Origin: Roseibacillus sp.
GTDB lineage: Bacteria; Verrucomicrobiota; Verrucomicrobiia; Verrucomicrobiales; Akkermansiaceae
DNA: 64,000 nucleotides
Direction of reading: 5' to 3'
Assembly (NCBI GenBank): GCA_965242925.1
Contig: CBDEUM010000013.1
Location: 64,001-128,000, forward strand
The notes beneath the pieces are model-generated. The model worked only from the letters and a program-made list of their open reading frames with translations. It ran no database searches and was not told the origin of the DNA. The stretch's first letter is position 1; each line of letters starts with the position of its first letter. This document shows, piece by piece, positions 61,556 through 64,000 of the stretch. A program made the position numbers and the translations under genes.

Positions 61556-62620
61556 GTGAAACTCTTCTGCAATCTCTCCGTGGTGCTGGCCGCCGTCATC
61601 CTGACCGGCTTCCTCCGGCGACCCTTCGATGACCGTCTGGCGGAAGACATGCAGGAGCGCAATCTTCTTCCTCCCCCCATCGCGTTGGATACCCGCGAGG
61701 AACTGGGACAGACCGCCCTCGCCATCGCCCTGGGAGGTCTGCGTCCGCTGGTGGCTGCGATGACCAATATCCAGGCTCACGGCCACTGGGAGGAACAGGA
61801 CTGGCACGAACTCGAACAGAGCTACAAGACCATCGTGGCGCTCCAGCCACGCATACGCTACTACTGGGATGCAGGCAGCTGGCACCTCTACAGCAATGCC
61901 TACGCCGACTACGCGGACAGACCCGGACTGAGCGAAGGACGCCGCAAGAGAAAGCAGCAGGAATTCTTCGAGAAGGGCATCGCCTTCCTTGAACGTGGAG
62001 TGGAACAGAACCCCCGGGACTGGCGTCTCTGCCACCTGCTCGGGAACGCCCTCAGTGCCAACTGGCGTCCGCAGAACCTCGAGCGCGCGGTGGAATGCTT
62101 CGAGCGGGGTCATACCGAGAGCGGTGCCGCACAACTGCAGCGAAATCACGTTTACTGCCTGTCTCGCATCCCGGAACGCAAGACGGAGGCCTGGGAAGCG
62201 TGCCGCAGAATGTGGGACAAGGAGGGGAACCGCCGTTACAACACACCGCAGACCATCTTTTTCGCTCTGCAATCGTGGGCAGGCGAGACCACCTACAGCA
62301 TGGAGGAAATCCTGGGATCCCGCATGGCAGCGGCACAGAAACTTCCTGACTACTGGTTCCGGCAGGTCGAAGGCTTTCCCATGGACGGGGTGGCTGAGAC
62401 GATTAATCAACTCTGCGAGGAATTCGAGGTCCCCAGTCACCTCCACCCCCTCACTTTTCCTCCCGGGAAGACCTTTGATCACGATCCCTCCACCCGGAAA
62501 CCCTACCCCCTGCACCCCGTGACGGGCGAACCCCGCACGAAAACCTGGCGCAGCATCTGGATGAATCGGCCTCGCGATACCTATCGGACGTATCTGCGGT
62601 CAGTGCAGGCGAAGCGGTAG
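61556..62620 (+). CDS. Hypothetical membrane-anchored TPR-like protein
   Basis: N-terminal hydrophobic segment; TPR-like KGIAFLERGVEQNPRDWRLCHLLG; follows the ABC pair. Confidence 0.75.
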   Translation: MKLFCNLSVVLAAVILTGFLRRPFDDRLAEDMQERNLLPPPIALDTREELGQTALAIALGGLRPLVAAMTNIQAHGHWEEQDWHELEQSYKTIVALQPRIRYYWDAGSWHLYSNAYADYADRPGLSEGRRKRKQQEFFEKGIAFLERGVEQNPRDWRLCHLLGNALSANWRPQNLERAVECFERGHTESGAAQLQRNHVYCLSRIPERKTEAWEACRRMWDKEGNRRYNTPQTIFFALQSWAGETTYSMEEILGSRMAAAQKLPDYWFRQVEGFPMDGVAETINQLCEEFEVPSHLHPLTFPPGKTFDHDPSTRKPYPLHPVTGEPRTKTWRSIWMNRPRDTYRTYLRSVQAKR

Positions 62621-62714
62621 AATTCCACCCGGGGCCTCATCCGGCCCGAACCTTTCACTCGACAGGCTTTCGACCCGTTTCTATTCCTTGCCTCCCGCTG
62701 CGGCGGGAGACGAC

Positions 62715-63437
62715 ATGCGAATCGCTCTCTTTGGGGACATACATGCCAATCTGGAGGCTCTGAATGCCGTTCTGGAGGATGCTGCCAGCCAGGACTGCAC
62801 GGACCGGGTCTGTCTTGGCGATATCGTGGGCTACAATGCCAATCCCGGAGAGTGCCTGGATTTGATCCGGGAGATGGAATGCCCGGTGGTGAAAGGAAAC
62901 CATGACGAGGACGCCAGCGGTGATCACTGCCTCGAAACCATGAATCCGATCGCCGCCACCGCCCTGGAGTGGACCCGTGAACAACTCTCCGACGAGCAGC
63001 GGAAGTGGCTGCGTACCCTGCGCATGGTCCGGCAGGTTTCCGCCTTCACTATGGTGCACTCCACCCTCGATCAACCGCAGGCCTGGAATTACGTCACCAA
63101 CAAGTTCGATGCCATGTCGAACTTCTCCTACCAGTTCACTCACGTCTGCTTCCATGGTCACACCCACGTTCCCCGCGTCTTCGTGAAGGACAAACGCGTT
63201 CGCGAAGTGGTGGCTGAACTCGTCGAGGTGGAGGAAGACTTCAAGTACTTCATCAACGTCGGCTCGGTGGGCCAGCCGCGCGACGGCGATCCACGGGCCT
63301 GCTACGCCATCTACGACGTCCCCAGGAATCTCATTATCTTCCGCCGGGTCGACTACGACCGCAAGACGACCCAGCAGAAGATCCTGGACGCCGGCCTGCC
63401 CCCCAACCTGGCAGAGCGGCTCTCTGATGGGAGATAG
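62715..63437 (+). CDS. Metallophosphoesterase family protein
   Basis: GDIHAN, LGDIVGY, GNHD, GHTH, NVGSVGQPRDGDPRA; start at MRIALF. Confidence 0.92.
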   Translation: MRIALFGDIHANLEALNAVLEDAASQDCTDRVCLGDIVGYNANPGECLDLIREMECPVVKGNHDEDASGDHCLETMNPIAATALEWTREQLSDEQRKWLRTLRMVRQVSAFTMVHSTLDQPQAWNYVTNKFDAMSNFSYQFTHVCFHGHTHVPRVFVKDKRVREVVAELVEVEEDFKYFINVGSVGQPRDGDPRACYAIYDVPRNLIIFRRVDYDRKTTQQKILDAGLPPNLAERLSDGR

Positions 63438-63506
63438 CAGCGTTCTTACGACCCTCTTGCTGAAGGACACCCCCTGACAGGAATCACCAGTCCCGCATGA
63501 GCGGCG

Positions 63507-64000
63507 TTATCTCCGCCGTGGAACCAGCGGATTGCGCGGAATCCGCGGACGGTTGTCCGGGGCACGCTTGAAGGGATCGGGGTTCTTCCCCTCCGGCGGA
63601 ATGAGATCCTTCTTCCTCTGCGCCTCCGCTTCCTTTTCCTTCATGATCCTGAGCTGCTCCTTGAAATGGAGGGCCAGTTTCTTCATCCGCTCGTGGTCGC
63701 CGAGGGCGATCTCTGCCTGGCGGGTCCCGCGGTGGGCTTCACTGAGGGCCAGATAATCACCAGCCAGTCTCTGGCAGAGTGGGATGGTGTGGCCCTTGGC
63801 CTCCTCCCGCAGGAGCACGCGATGCGCCGCCAGCGCCTTGACCTCCGCGCCTACCCGCCCTCCTTTCTCAAGCTTGGTCACCAGGGCCCTCACGCGAGCT
63901 TCTGCCTCCTCCCCAAGCGCCCGGAGATACGGGGCCTTCTCCAGATCACGGAAGGCCACCCACTGGTCCACGAGGTTCGGCTTCCCCTTGATCTCGTCGA
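63507..64000 (-). CDS. Hypothetical protein, C-terminal part (5'-truncated by window edge)
   Basis: Frame is open to the window end (DEIKGKPNLVDQW...); helical, with a Pro/Arg tail. Confidence 0.6.
   Translation of the reverse strand, partial: DEIKGKPNLVDQWVAFRDLEKAPYLRALGEEAEARVRALVTKLEKGGRVGAEVKALAAHRVLLREEAKGHTIPLCQRLAGDYLALSEAHRGTRQAEIALGDHERMKKLALHFKEQLRIMKEKEAEAQRKKDLIPPEGKNPDPFKRAPDNRPRIPRNPLVPRRR

Overview
GC-rich bacterial chromosomal segment. Gene families and protein features point to Verrucomicrobiota (Verrucomicrobiales, Roseibacillus/Luteolibacter-like); this is an inference, not a database result. Contents in order: a ~12.6 kb minus-strand type IV pilus/T2SS-like operon (pilT, major pilin, PilM/N-, PilO- and PilP-like genes, secretin, pilB, pilC, minor pilin, several orphans); ppdK; a DUF5069-like/oxidoreductase/MBL/NHL cluster; rnr; a lone prepilin; dnaK-groES-groEL with a sigma54-type promoter; a Pro-repeat HEAT protein; an ABC module; a variable patch with gene remnants, a nitronate monooxygenase and a cold-shock gene; an arylsulfatase overlapping a truncated anti-sigma gene; an ECF sigma factor; an extended tatC; tRNA-Pro(GGG); argC-argJ; fur-family-sufCBD; miaB; xerD; a CotH/lamin-tail protein; a second ABC module; and a metallophosphoesterase. 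The standout is miaB. An in-frame UGA sits exactly at the conserved Fe-S-ligating Cys of the TYGCQMN motif and is followed by a SECIS-like hairpin, making it a candidate selenocysteine MiaB. The same gene also needs a +1 frameshift near its 3' end, which could be recoding, an assembly error or pseudogenisation.
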